Source: an uncultured bacterium (GTDB lineage: Bacteria > Acidobacteriota > Thermoanaerobaculia > Multivoradales > JAHZIX01). From it: DNA of 64,000 nt. Shown here piece by piece: positions 9,307 to 18,333 of the stretch; position 1 is the first letter of the stretch; every line of letters begins with the position of its first letter. Location of the stretch: assembly GCA_965368975.1 (NCBI GenBank), contig CBDUPA010000012.1, forward strand, positions 83,540 to 147,539. The letters run 5' to 3'. The notes beneath the pieces were generated by a model. That model saw nothing but the letters and a program-made list of their open reading frames with translations, did not search any database and had not been told where the DNA came from. A program made the translations under genes and the position numbers.

Positions 9307-9470
9307 GGGCGTCCCCATGTGGGCGCCCTGCGGCGGAACGCCGCATCCGGATCCGGATCCGGAGGGCGCAATGCCTTGCGCCCCTACGACCCTCCCGCCC
9401 CCCGAACGATACGCATGCGGGATGACATTACCGATGCGGACGTTCGGGGTCCCAGGTTTGACCCTCCTTC
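9303..9470. repeat. palindromic GC-rich repeat element, degenerate copy A
   Basis: Contains GGAGGGCGCAATGCCTTGCGCCCCTAC (9361-9387), identical to 18183-18209. This is followed by ...CCGAACGATACGCATGCGG...GCGGACGTTCGGGG, related to the centres of copies B and C. A degenerate GTAGGGGCG...GGCGCCCT hairpin at 9303-9329 overlaps the TIR gene stop codon. Confidence 0.7.
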
Positions 9471-9528
9471 CACCCCGGTGATAGCGTCCAAACGACCCTA
9501 CGCCCAAGGAAACCGAAGGAAAAACCCA

Positions 9529-10647
9529 GTGCCCGAATCCTCCGAATCCCTAGCCACCTCGACCGACACGCTGGACCTCACCGTCCACCGCGACAAGTCG
9601 AGCGAATTCCGCACCATGACGGGCGAGCCGGCGGTGGAGGCGAGCATCATCTTGATCGCGCATCCGGAGCACCAGCGCATGGGCACGCGCTACCGCCTGG
9701 TACCGGGGGAGATGCTGGAGGTCGGGCGGTCGTCGAAGGCGGGGGTGAGTCTGCCGGAAGTGGCGGCGTTGTCGAGGGTGCACGCGCGGCTGCAGCATCG
9801 CGGGGAGTGGGTGACGCTGGAGGATCTGGGGTCGACCAATGGCACCTACATCAACGGCCGACGCCTGCACGAACCGACGGCGCTACACAGTGGCGATCGC
9901 TTCCAGGTCTCGTCGGTGCACTTCAAGTTCCTGCACGAGAAAGACGTCGAGGCGGCGTACCACGAGGCGATTTACAACCTGGTGGCGCACGACGGGTTGA
10001 CCGAGGCCTACACCAAGCGCAAGTACGAAGAAGAAGCGGCGCGCGAGCTGGCGCGGGCGGCGCGGCACCGGCGGCCGTTGTCGTTGATCCTTCTCGACCT
10101 CGACCACTTCAAAGACACCAACGACACCCACGGCCACCTGGCCGGCGACGCGCTGCTCAAGCACTTCGCGGTGGTGGTGCGCCGGCACTTGCGGCCGGAG
10201 CAGATCTTCGCCCGCGTGGGCGGCGACGAGTTTGTGGTGCTGTCGCCCGAGATGACGGCGGCGCAGGCGGAGCGGCTGGCCGAGCGGCTGTGCCACAAGC
10301 TGGCGGCGTCGCCGCTGGAGTATGAAGACGTGCGGCTGACGATCTCGGTGTCGTGCGGGGTCGCCGAGTATGCGATGGACATGGAGCGGCCCGAGGATCT
10401 CTACGCCGCTGCCGACCGGGCGCTGTACAAGGCCAAGCTGGCCGGCCGGGGACGCGCCGTGCGGGCGGAGACGAATTCGGGCGCCATGCCGCCGCTGCCG
10501 GGCTCGGACCGCCGGTTCGAGAGCCACGGCTTCGAGGCCGGCTCCGGCAACGACGCGGAGGAGTCTTCGACCGACGTGGGCGAAGCGAAGGAAGACGCCG
10601 CCCAGGATGCGGCTGGCCGCGACCCGCAAGCGGATACGCGGGGCTGA
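9529..10647 (+). CDS. FHA domain - GGDEF domain protein (putative diguanylate cyclase)
   Basis: FHA: LEVGRSSKAGVSLPEVAALSRVHARLQHRGEWVTLEDLGSTNGTYINGRRL. GGDEF: LSLILLDLDHFKDTNDTHGHLAGDALL...ARVGGDEFVVL. Start is uncertain: GTG 9529 has GAAGGA upstream, and ATG 9616 is the alternative. The track start at 9319 would translate the repeat element. Confidence 0.8.
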   Translation: MPESSESLATSTDTLDLTVHRDKSSEFRTMTGEPAVEASIILIAHPEHQRMGTRYRLVPGEMLEVGRSSKAGVSLPEVAALSRVHARLQHRGEWVTLEDLGSTNGTYINGRRLHEPTALHSGDRFQVSSVHFKFLHEKDVEAAYHEAIYNLVAHDGLTEAYTKRKYEEEAARELARAARHRRPLSLILLDLDHFKDTNDTHGHLAGDALLKHFAVVVRRHLRPEQIFARVGGDEFVVLSPEMTAAQAERLAERLCHKLAASPLEYEDVRLTISVSCGVAEYAMDMERPEDLYAAADRALYKAKLAGRGRAVRAETNSGAMPPLPGSDRRFESHGFEAGSGNDAEESSTDVGEAKEDAAQDAAGRDPQADTRG

Positions 10648-10673
10648 CGGCGAGCTTCGCCGAGGACGTCGAC

Positions 10674-12473
10674 ATGCTGCGCGAACTCCATGTACGCAAT
10701 CTCGCCGTGCTCGCCGGAGCGGCGGTGGATTTCGCCGCCGGCTTCAATGTGCTCACCGGCGAGACCGGTGCCGGCAAGTCGATCGTCGTCGACTGCCTGG
10801 AACTGCTGGCCGGGGGCCGTGCCAGTGCCGAGCTGATCCGAACCGACGCCGACAAGCTGATGGTCTCGGGCGTCTTCGAACCGGCCGGCAACGGCTGGAA
10901 GGTGCTGCTCGAAGAGGCCGGGCTGGACGCCGACGGGCGCGAGTTGCTGATCCGCCGCGAGGTCAGCCGCGAGGGGCGCAACCGGGTGTATGTGAACGAC
11001 CAGCCGACGACGCTGCGTCTGCTCGCGGACCTGGCACCGTCGCTGCTGCGCATCCACGGCCAGCGCGACGAGCTGGGGCTGATCTCGCCCGAGCTGCAGC
11101 GCGCCTGGCTCGATCGTGCCGGCGGCGACGAGGCCGGCCCACGGCTCGACGCGGTCGCCGACGCCCACCGCGCCTGGCGCCGGCTGGCACGGCGGCTCGA
11201 GAGCCTGACGGGTGACGAGGAGCTGCGCCGCCAGCGTCTCGACTTGCTGCGCTTCCAGGCGTCCGAGATCGACGCTGCTGAGGTGCGCGCCGGTGAGGAG
11301 GACGAGCTGCGCCAGGAGCGCGACCAGCTGCGCCACCGCGAGGCGGTGGTGGCGGCGCTGTCCGAGCTGGTCGAGCGGCTGTACGAGGGCGAGACGGCGG
11401 TGGTCGACGAGCTGGCCAAGAGTGGCCACCGGCTGCAGGACATCGGCGAGTGGGAGCCCGCGGCAGCGAGCTGGACGACGGAACTCGAGGAGCTGCGCAT
11501 CCGCGCCGAGGAGGTGGCGCGCGGCGTGCGCGAGCGCCTGGACGGCATGGAGAGCGACCCGCGACGCCTCAACGCGGTGGAGGACCGGCTGTCGACGCTC
11601 GAACGCCTGTGCCGCAAGTACCATGGCACGACCGACGACATCCTGGTGCGGCGCGCCGAGATCGCCGCCGAGCTCGAAGAGCTGGAAGGCGACGCCGAGA
11701 ACGTCGAGGAGCTGGAGGCCGAGGCGGCGGCGGCGCTGGACGTCTATCGCAAGGCCGCGCTGGCGCTGTCGGCGGCGCGCGTGCGCTGGGGACAGGGGCT
11801 GGCCGAGCGCATGACCGCCGAGCTGGCCGACCTGGCGCTGGCGCAGGCGCGGCTGGAGGTGCGGCTGGAGCGCAGGCCACAGCCGAGCAGTCCGCTGCTC
11901 GTCGACGGCGTGGCGGTCGACTTCTCGGCGGCGGGTGTCGACCAGGTCGCATTCTACTTCGCGCCCAACCCCGGCGAGGCACCGCAGCCGCTGTCCAAGA
12001 TCGCTTCTGGCGGTGAGCTGTCGCGCTTGTCGCTCGCTTTGCAGCTCGCGGCGCGGGCCGAAGGCATGCAAGATCGACCGACGCTGGTGTTCGACGAGGT
12101 CGACACCGGCATCGGCGGTGCCGAGGGTGCGGCGCTGGGGGCCAAGCTGCGACGCCTGGCGCGCGGTGGCCAGATCTTTGCCGTCACCCATCTGCCGCAG
12201 GTGGCCAGCTGCGGCGACCACCACCTGAAGGTGAGCAAGGAAGTGCGTGGCGGCCGGACCTTCGCCGAGGTCGAAGCGCTGAGCGACAGTGCCCGCGTCG
12301 ACGAGGTGGCGCGCATGCTCGGCGGCGAGACGCTGACGGACCTGTCGCGCCAGCACGCGCGCGAGCTGCTGCGGGATGGCCGTGAGCTACAGCGGGAAGG
12401 CACAGAGGGCGATCCGCCCTCCAGCAGCGGCAAGAAGCGCCCACGAGCCAAGCGCGCCGCCGCCGGGAGCTGA
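10674..12473 (+). CDS. recN: DNA repair protein RecN
   Basis: MLRELHVRNLAVLAGAAVDFAAGFNVLTGETGAGKSIVVDCLELLAGGRA... (Walker A), long coiled-coil middle, and C-terminal SKIASGGELSRLSLALQLA signature with LVFDEVDTGIGG. Start set at ATG 10674; the track's extension from 10353 was dropped. Confidence 0.9.
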   Translation: MLRELHVRNLAVLAGAAVDFAAGFNVLTGETGAGKSIVVDCLELLAGGRASAELIRTDADKLMVSGVFEPAGNGWKVLLEEAGLDADGRELLIRREVSREGRNRVYVNDQPTTLRLLADLAPSLLRIHGQRDELGLISPELQRAWLDRAGGDEAGPRLDAVADAHRAWRRLARRLESLTGDEELRRQRLDLLRFQASEIDAAEVRAGEEDELRQERDQLRHREAVVAALSELVERLYEGETAVVDELAKSGHRLQDIGEWEPAAASWTTELEELRIRAEEVARGVRERLDGMESDPRRLNAVEDRLSTLERLCRKYHGTTDDILVRRAEIAAELEELEGDAENVEELEAEAAAALDVYRKAALALSAARVRWGQGLAERMTAELADLALAQARLEVRLERRPQPSSPLLVDGVAVDFSAAGVDQVAFYFAPNPGEAPQPLSKIASGGELSRLSLALQLAARAEGMQDRPTLVFDEVDTGIGGAEGAALGAKLRRLARGGQIFAVTHLPQVASCGDHHLKVSKEVRGGRTFAEVEALSDSARVDEVARMLGGETLTDLSRQHARELLRDGRELQREGTEGDPPSSSGKKRPRAKRAAAGS

Positions 12474-12474
12474 C

Positions 12475-13170
12475 GTGGCCGAGGCCGTGGCGCGCTGGAG
12501 CTGGGACCACGACCCGGCCGGGGTGCGCGCCCTGCTCGACGCCGGCGGCGTGCTGGCGATCCCCAGCGAATCGAGCTACGGCCTGGCGGTCGAGCCGACG
12601 AGCGTCGCGGGCGTCGAGGCGGTGTACCGGCTCAAGCAGCGCGACGCCGGCAAGCCGCTGCTGGTGGTGGTGGCGTCGCGGGCGCAGCTCGAAGCGCTCG
12701 GCGTCGCGGCACCCGCTCCGGCCTGGCGCGCGCTCGACGCCGCTTGGCCGGCACCCTTGACCGCCGTCTTGCCCCTGGCTCCCGAAGTCGCCGCCGGGAA
12801 CAATCTTCCTGCCGCGGCCGGTTCTTCTAGCTTGGCGGTGCGCATCCCCGATCACCCGCGGCTGCGCGCCTGGCTGGCCTGTGTCGGGCCGGTGACCGCC
12901 ACCAGCGCAAACCTCAGCGGTGAACCTCCCGTACTCAGTGCGGACGGTGCCGCCGAGTTGCTGGCCCGGCTGGCGCACAGCCCGGGGAACCACGTTCCCG
13001 TCGCAGTGATCGAAGGGGATGTGCCCGGCGGCCTCCCCTCGACGCTGATCGCCTGGGCGGGCTCTGATTCTGATCACCACGATGCCCCCGCCTGGCGCCT
13101 GCTGCGCGCCGGGCGCTACGACCTGACTGACACGGACTTCCAACCATTCATGGTACCTTCCCAGCGATGA
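12475..13170 (+). CDS. tsaC: L-threonylcarbamoyladenylate synthase (TsaC/YrdC/Sua5 family)
   Basis: GGVLAIPSESSYGLAVEP...VYRLKQRDAGKPLLVVV...LAVRIPDHP...VTATSANLSGEPP. GTG start lies 1 nt after the recN stop. Confidence 0.8.
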   Translation: MAEAVARWSWDHDPAGVRALLDAGGVLAIPSESSYGLAVEPTSVAGVEAVYRLKQRDAGKPLLVVVASRAQLEALGVAAPAPAWRALDAAWPAPLTAVLPLAPEVAAGNNLPAAAGSSSLAVRIPDHPRLRAWLACVGPVTATSANLSGEPPVLSADGAAELLARLAHSPGNHVPVAVIEGDVPGGLPSTLIAWAGSDSDHHDAPAWRLLRAGRYDLTDTDFQPFMVPSQR

Positions 13171-15275
13171 ACCAACCTCCTGCTCGTTTCCCGCGTCGAC
13201 GTCTTGCCACCTTCTTTCTCGGCCGCCGCGGTGCCGTGCTGCCGGTCTTGTGGGTCGCTGTCGTGGCCACCTTGTTGGCCCCTTCCTGGGCGACCGGATC
13301 GGCGCTGGCGCAGGACGAGCTGTCTCGCGACGAGTTGCCCGCGCAGCCACCCGTGCCGCACGACGAGATCGAAATCTTCGAACTGCACGAGGCGCGCGCC
13401 GGCCAGACGGGCTACGGCCTGTCCGTCTTCCAGGGGCGTGAGCCGCAGCGCTTCGAGGTCGAAGTGATTGGCGTCATGGAAGACTCGTCCGGCCTCGGCG
13501 ACGCCATCCTGGCGCACCTCAAGGGGCAGGGCCTGGAAGAGAGCGGCGTGCTCGGCGGCATGAGCGGCAGCCCGGTGTACATCGAGGGTCGCCTGGCCGG
13601 TGCCGTCGCCTTCAGCTGGAATTTCAGCCGCGGCGCCATCGCCGGCATCACGCCGATCCGCGACATGCGCCGCTTGCGTGTCGAGCCGGTCGCGGAAGTA
13701 CCCGCGGGCGAGATGGCGAGGTCGGACGCCTCGGTCTCGTCCTCAATCTCCACGACCACCCGGGAGGGCGCCGTGCCCGTTCCCAGCCTCGACGACCTGC
13801 TGCACCGGCGCTTCGACCAAGACCTGCTGCAGCAGCACCTCGCCGCGCTACGCCCGCCGACAGTGAGGGGTGGTGGTGGTCCCGAGGCGGCGACGTCCAA
13901 CGTTCAGTGGCTGGCCAGCGGCTTCAGTGACGGCGGCCGCCAGCTGCTGCGCTCGGCCCTCGGGCCCGTCACCTTTGGCGCGCCGATCCAGGAGCGGACC
14001 AGCGGCGCGGGACTGTTGGAAAGGGGGACACTGCTGGATCGTGGCGGCGACGATGGTGTCTCCGGCCTGCCCAGCGCGCGTCCGAACGCCCCCGATCTGA
14101 CCGCGCTCTACGAGCCCGACTTCACCGACGTTGCCAAGCCGGGCGGTGCGGTGATGGCGGCACTGGTCTTTGGCGACCTCAAGCTCGCCGCCGCTGGCAC
14201 CGTCACCGACGTCCAGGGCAACGACGTGGTCGCCTTCGGCCATCCCTTCCTGGGCGCCGGCCCGGTGCGCCTGCCGATGGCTTCGGCCGACATCGTCACC
14301 ACCGTCTCCAGCATCTTCAGCTCGTTCAAGGTCTCCAACATCGGCCGATTGGTCGGTACCGTGTGGCAGGACCGCTCCGCAGGCATCTACGGCCGCTTGG
14401 GCGAGGCGCCGCCGATCCTGCCTTTGACGGTGCGCTTGCATCCATCGGCCGGGCCGGGTGCTGACAGTGCGGAGGTCTACCAGATGTACCTGGCCGAAGC
14501 GCGCGACATCACGCCCGCTCTGCTCGGCACCGCCGCCGTCAGCATTCTCGACGTTGCCAGCCCGCGCCTGGGCGCCGGCAGCGTCGACCTGCGCGCCCGC
14601 TTCCAGATCGCTGGCCACGACGAACTGATCGTCGAGCAGAGCTTCGACGCGCCGCAGGCTGGCGTGCAAGCGATCATCACGACGCTCAGCTACGCCGCCT
14701 TCCTGATGCAGACACCGCAGGCGCCGCTCGACCTCGAAGCCATCGAGCTGGATTTCACCCTGCACCCGCGCCGCCGGCTGCAGACCCTGGTCGATGCCCA
14801 CCCGCTGCGCACCGTCGTCAAGCCCGGCGAGCGTCTGCCGGTATTCCTCGAACTCGAGTCCTACACCGGCGGTCGCCAGCGTCGCACCGTCGAGGTGCCG
14901 CTACCCGAGCATCTCGACGACGGTACCTACGTGCTGCTGGTCGCCGACGGTGCCAGCGCCGATGCGCTGCGCCTGGCGGTCGAGCCGCAAGACCCGACGT
15001 CGATCGACGACAGTCTGGCGATGCTGCGCGGCTTCCACTCCAACCGTGAAGTGCACGTCCTCGGCCTGGTGCCCGACCGCGGCCTGGTGCTCGGCGGCCA
15101 GGCCTTGCCGCGCGTGCCGGCGTCGATGCAGACCGTCTGGGGCCAGGCGCCGCCCGGCAGCACGCAGCCGCTCAATCTGGCGCTGGTCGACGAGACCAGC
15201 TGGACCTGGGACGAACCCGTCGCCGGCCTCGTTCGCATCGATTTGACGGTTCGCCGAGGAACCGGCCGTCGATGA
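13167..15275 (+). CDS. secreted serine-protease-like protein (SpoIVB/S55- or trypsin-like GMSGSP motif) with large C-terminal region
   Basis: 702 aa with an N-terminal signal-like segment (RRRLATFFLGRRGAVLPVLWVAVVATLLAPSWATGSALA). GVLGGMSGSPVYIEGRLAGAVAF resembles the catalytic-Ser block of S55/chymotrypsin-fold proteases. ATGA overlap with tsaC. Confidence 0.45.
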   Translation: MNQPPARFPRRRLATFFLGRRGAVLPVLWVAVVATLLAPSWATGSALAQDELSRDELPAQPPVPHDEIEIFELHEARAGQTGYGLSVFQGREPQRFEVEVIGVMEDSSGLGDAILAHLKGQGLEESGVLGGMSGSPVYIEGRLAGAVAFSWNFSRGAIAGITPIRDMRRLRVEPVAEVPAGEMARSDASVSSSISTTTREGAVPVPSLDDLLHRRFDQDLLQQHLAALRPPTVRGGGGPEAATSNVQWLASGFSDGGRQLLRSALGPVTFGAPIQERTSGAGLLERGTLLDRGGDDGVSGLPSARPNAPDLTALYEPDFTDVAKPGGAVMAALVFGDLKLAAAGTVTDVQGNDVVAFGHPFLGAGPVRLPMASADIVTTVSSIFSSFKVSNIGRLVGTVWQDRSAGIYGRLGEAPPILPLTVRLHPSAGPGADSAEVYQMYLAEARDITPALLGTAAVSILDVASPRLGAGSVDLRARFQIAGHDELIVEQSFDAPQAGVQAIITTLSYAAFLMQTPQAPLDLEAIELDFTLHPRRRLQTLVDAHPLRTVVKPGERLPVFLELESYTGGRQRRTVEVPLPEHLDDGTYVLLVADGASADALRLAVEPQDPTSIDDSLAMLRGFHSNREVHVLGLVPDRGLVLGGQALPRVPASMQTVWGQAPPGSTQPLNLALVDETSWTWDEPVAGLVRIDLTVRRGTGRR

Positions 15276-17671
15276 TGTCGCCGCCGATGACACTTCTTCT
15301 TTCCACCTCGACCTCGAAGCCACGGAGACCGCTCGCCGCCATGACCCACTCCCCGCGTCCCCGCCCTGCGCGCCGCGCCTCACTGGCGCCGCTCACCGCC
15401 GCTCCGCTCACGGCTGCTCTGCTCACGACCGCCTTGCTGCTGTCTCCGGCCCTGGCACCGCCCGCGAGCGCCACCGAGGTCAAGATCTTCCGCACCGCCG
15501 ACCGCGCCGGCTTCCTGGCTGGTGAGCTCGACGGCGTCAGCCTCGATCAGCTCGGCCGCCTGCGCCTGGCGGATCGCATCGAGCGCGTCAGCACCGTCGA
15601 GGAACCGTACCTGTACGCCGCCGCGGACTATCCGTCCGAGGATGGCGGCGGCTGGGTCGTCGGCACCGGTAGCGCCGGGCGTGTGTACCACGTGCGCCAG
15701 GACGGCACCTCCTCGCTGCTGTTCGAGGTCGCTGAGCCGCAGGTGCTGAGCGTGCTCAGCCACGGCGGCGCCGTCTACGTCGGCACCGGTCCGACCCCCG
15801 GCGCCGAGGCCACCGGCAAGGTCTACCGCTACACGCCGCCAGCGTCCGGCAGCGACGAAGCGACGCTCGAAGTCTTGTTCGACAGCGGCGAGACCTATGT
15901 TTGGGCGCTGGCCATGCTGAGCGATGGTCGCCTGGCGGTCGGCACCGGTACGCAGGGCAAGCTGTTCGCCCTCGACCTGAAGCAGGATCTGGCCGAGCAG
16001 GAAGCCACCCTGCTGCACGACTCCACGGACATCCACATCCGCAGCCTGCTGGCGCTTCCCGAGGACGGCGACTTCGGTGGTGGCCTGCTCGCCGGCACCG
16101 CTGGCGAAGGCCTGCTGCTACACGTCGCCGCCAACGGCACCACGCGCACGCTCTACGACGCGGCGCAGCCCGAGATCACCGCGCTGACCGCCGGCCCGGA
16201 CGCTAGCGGCTCCGGCGTGCGCGCGTATGCCGCCGCCATCGCCTCTGAAGCCTCCGGCGTCGACCTCGCACGCCGCGCCGCCCAGCAACAGCAGCAGCAA
16301 AGCCAGGAAGACCCGAGCAACGGCGACTCGCAGGCCGAGCTCGTCGCCCCGACACCCGACGGCACCGTCGGCTCGCGTCCCGGCAATTTCCGCGGCGGTC
16401 GCAGTGAGATCCTCACCATCGCCGCCGATGGCGTCGTCGAGAGCCTGTGGACGTTCCAGGAACAGACCGTCTTCAGCCTGCTCTACCTGGATGACCGCCT
16501 GTGGCTCGGCACCGGCGTCGAGGGCGAGCTGTTCAGCTTCCGCGGCGGCGACATGGTGGTCGAGAAGCAGAGCGAGGAGCGGCAGGTGATGGCGCTGCTG
16601 GCGAGCGAAGACGGCCCCGTCCTGGCCACCACCAACGGCGCCGCCGTCTACCGCGCCAGCGGTGGTCGAGAATCGGCGGGCATCTACACCAGCAGCGTCT
16701 ACGATGCCGAGGCCGTTTCGCGCTTCGGCAGCTTCCGCTGGTACGGCTCGCAGGCCGAGAAGGCTGCCAGCTTCTCCTTCCGCTCCGGCCTCTCCGCCTT
16801 CCCGGACGCCACCTGGTCCGACTGGACCGCACCCAAGAACGGCCACGAGATCGCCCTCGACACCCTGCCTGCCGGCCGCTACGTGCAGTGGCGCGCCGAG
16901 CTGAAGAATGGCGACGTGAGCCCGCGTCTCGACGCCGTCGAGCTGAGCTACCGGCAGCGCAACGCCAAGCCGCGCATCCACGAGCTGAGCGTCCTGGAAC
17001 CGGGGCAGATCCTGGTCCCCAGCACCTTCAACCCCAACGGCCAGACGTTCGAACCCGCGCACCCCAACCGCGATGGCATCTTCACCACCCTGCAGCCTGC
17101 CGCGCGCGAGGATGCCCGCCTCAAGACGCTGTGGAAGCTTGGCTACCGCTCGCTGTCCTGGAAGACCGAAGATCCCAACCAGGACGACCTCGAGTACACG
17201 CTGTCGTTCCAGCGCCAAGCGGACGTGGCGCCGGCAGACGACTGGTTGCCGATGGTCGAGAAGCTCGACGACGACCACCTCAGCTTCGACGCCACCGTGC
17301 TGCCCGATGGCATCTACCGTTTCCGTCTCGAAGCCAGCGATGCCGAGGCCAACCTGCCCGGCGAAGGCCAGAGCGCCGAGCGCGTCAGTGAGCCGGTGGT
17401 GATCGACCACAGTGTGCCGGTGCTGGTCAAAGCCGAGCGCCAGGGCAGTACCCTGCAGGTCGAAGTGCGCGACGCCTGGAACCCCCTGCGCGAAGTCGTC
17501 TACAGCGTCGATGCCGGCGAATGGCAACGCGCTCCCACCGCCGATGCCCTGGTCGACGGTCGGCGCGAAGTGCTGCAGATTCCGATCCCCGAAGGCGCCA
17601 AGCTGCTGATCCTGCGCTGCACCGACGCTGCCCACAACGTCATTACCTTCGACTTGTCCGGAGAGCTGTGA
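15272..17671 (+). CDS. secreted beta-propeller-like repeat protein, function unknown
   Basis: 799 aa with a signal-like hydrophobic N-region. Recurrent blade-like motifs: VGTGSAGRVYHV, YVGTGPTPG..GKVYRY, AVGTGTQGKLFAL, LAGTAGEGLLLHV, WLGTGVEGELFSF. The start overlaps the upstream stop; ATG 15341 is an alternative start. Confidence 0.5.
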   Translation: MMSPPMTLLLSTSTSKPRRPLAAMTHSPRPRPARRASLAPLTAAPLTAALLTTALLLSPALAPPASATEVKIFRTADRAGFLAGELDGVSLDQLGRLRLADRIERVSTVEEPYLYAAADYPSEDGGGWVVGTGSAGRVYHVRQDGTSSLLFEVAEPQVLSVLSHGGAVYVGTGPTPGAEATGKVYRYTPPASGSDEATLEVLFDSGETYVWALAMLSDGRLAVGTGTQGKLFALDLKQDLAEQEATLLHDSTDIHIRSLLALPEDGDFGGGLLAGTAGEGLLLHVAANGTTRTLYDAAQPEITALTAGPDASGSGVRAYAAAIASEASGVDLARRAAQQQQQQSQEDPSNGDSQAELVAPTPDGTVGSRPGNFRGGRSEILTIAADGVVESLWTFQEQTVFSLLYLDDRLWLGTGVEGELFSFRGGDMVVEKQSEERQVMALLASEDGPVLATTNGAAVYRASGGRESAGIYTSSVYDAEAVSRFGSFRWYGSQAEKAASFSFRSGLSAFPDATWSDWTAPKNGHEIALDTLPAGRYVQWRAELKNGDVSPRLDAVELSYRQRNAKPRIHELSVLEPGQILVPSTFNPNGQTFEPAHPNRDGIFTTLQPAAREDARLKTLWKLGYRSLSWKTEDPNQDDLEYTLSFQRQADVAPADDWLPMVEKLDDDHLSFDATVLPDGIYRFRLEASDAEANLPGEGQSAERVSEPVVIDHSVPVLVKAERQGSTLQVEVRDAWNPLREVVYSVDAGEWQRAPTADALVDGRREVLQIPIPEGAKLLILRCTDAAHNVITFDLSGEL

Positions 17672-18171
17672 TGCCCCATCGACGTCCCCCCGGAGCCCCC
17701 CTCACTGCCGTCTACCCGGGCTCCTTCGACCCCATCCATCACGGCCATCTCGACCTGATCGAGCGCTGTAGCGTGCTGTTCGACGAAGTCATCGTCGGCG
17801 TGCTGCACAACGAAGCCAAGCAGCCGCTGTTCACCAGCGCCGAGCGCGTCGAGATGATCTCCGAGCAGGTCACCCCCTTCGGCAACTGCCGCGTCGAGGC
17901 CTTCTCCGGCCTGCTCGTCGACTTCGTCGAAGGCGCCGGCGCCTCCTGCGTCATCCGCGGCCTGCGCGCCGTCGCCGACTTCGAGTACGAGTTCCAGATG
18001 GCGCTGATGAACCGGCGTCTCAACCCGAGAGTCGAGACCATGTTCATGATGCCCAAGGAGGACTACACCTTCCTGTCCAGCCGGACGGTGAAAGAAGTCT
18101 TCTTCCTCGGCGGCAACCTGGATGGCCTGGTGCCTGAGGGCGTGATCGAGCGGATGAAGGAGAAGTTGTAG
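17671..18171 (+). CDS. coaD: pantetheine-phosphate adenylyltransferase
   Basis: AVYPGSFDPIHHGHLDLIERC...VIRGLRAVADFEYEFQMALMNR...FLSSRTVKEV is a canonical CoaD. ATG 17671 overlaps the upstream TGA. Confidence 0.92.
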   Translation: MPHRRPPGAPLTAVYPGSFDPIHHGHLDLIERCSVLFDEVIVGVLHNEAKQPLFTSAERVEMISEQVTPFGNCRVEAFSGLLVDFVEGAGASCVIRGLRAVADFEYEFQMALMNRRLNPRVETMFMMPKEDYTFLSSRTVKEVFFLGGNLDGLVPEGVIERMKEKL

Positions 18172-18182
18172 GGGTTCCAGGG

Positions 18183-18328
18183 GGAGGGCGCAATGCCTTG
18201 CGCCCCTACGACCCGCGCCCCCGCCCGAACGTTACGCATTCGGGAGATCCACCAGGCCGCGGAGTTCGTGCCGTGCGTAGCGTTCGGGGGAAGGGTGGTT
18301 CCGTAGGGGCGCAGGGGTCTGCGCCCTC
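18183..18328. repeat. palindromic GC-rich repeat element, copy B (~146 bp)
   Basis: Terminal hairpins are GGAGGGCGCAATGCCTTGCGCCCCTAC (18183-18209) and GTAGGGGCGCAGGGGTCTGCGCCCTC (18303-18328). The interior arms are ...CGCCCGAACGTTACGCA / TGCGTAGCGTTCGGGGG.... The whole unit is an imperfect long inverted repeat. Confidence 0.8.
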
Positions 18329-18333
18329 TGGTG

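Noticed and set aside
9319-9528. N-terminal 70 codons of the 442-aa GGDEF ORF (and similar short ORFs at 18198-18656, 19350-19601)
   Set aside because: They translate the palindromic repeat element (..GRNALRPYDPP.. / ..GAQGIAPS..), which recurs in non-coding contexts. The real start is downstream.
10157-12356. Long minus-strand ORFs (494 aa at 10157..11641; 651 aa at 10401..12356) opposite recN and the GGDEF gene
   Set aside because: They are antisense shadow ORFs, which are typical of high-GC DNA. The translations are Arg/Ala/Pro/Ser-rich and low-complexity with no motifs. The plus-strand genes have unambiguous RecN and GGDEF signatures.
16118-17635. 505-aa minus-strand ORF opposite the beta-propeller gene
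   Set aside because: Shadow ORF. Plus-strand coding is supported by a signal peptide, a repeat structure and start/stop coupling to neighbouring genes.
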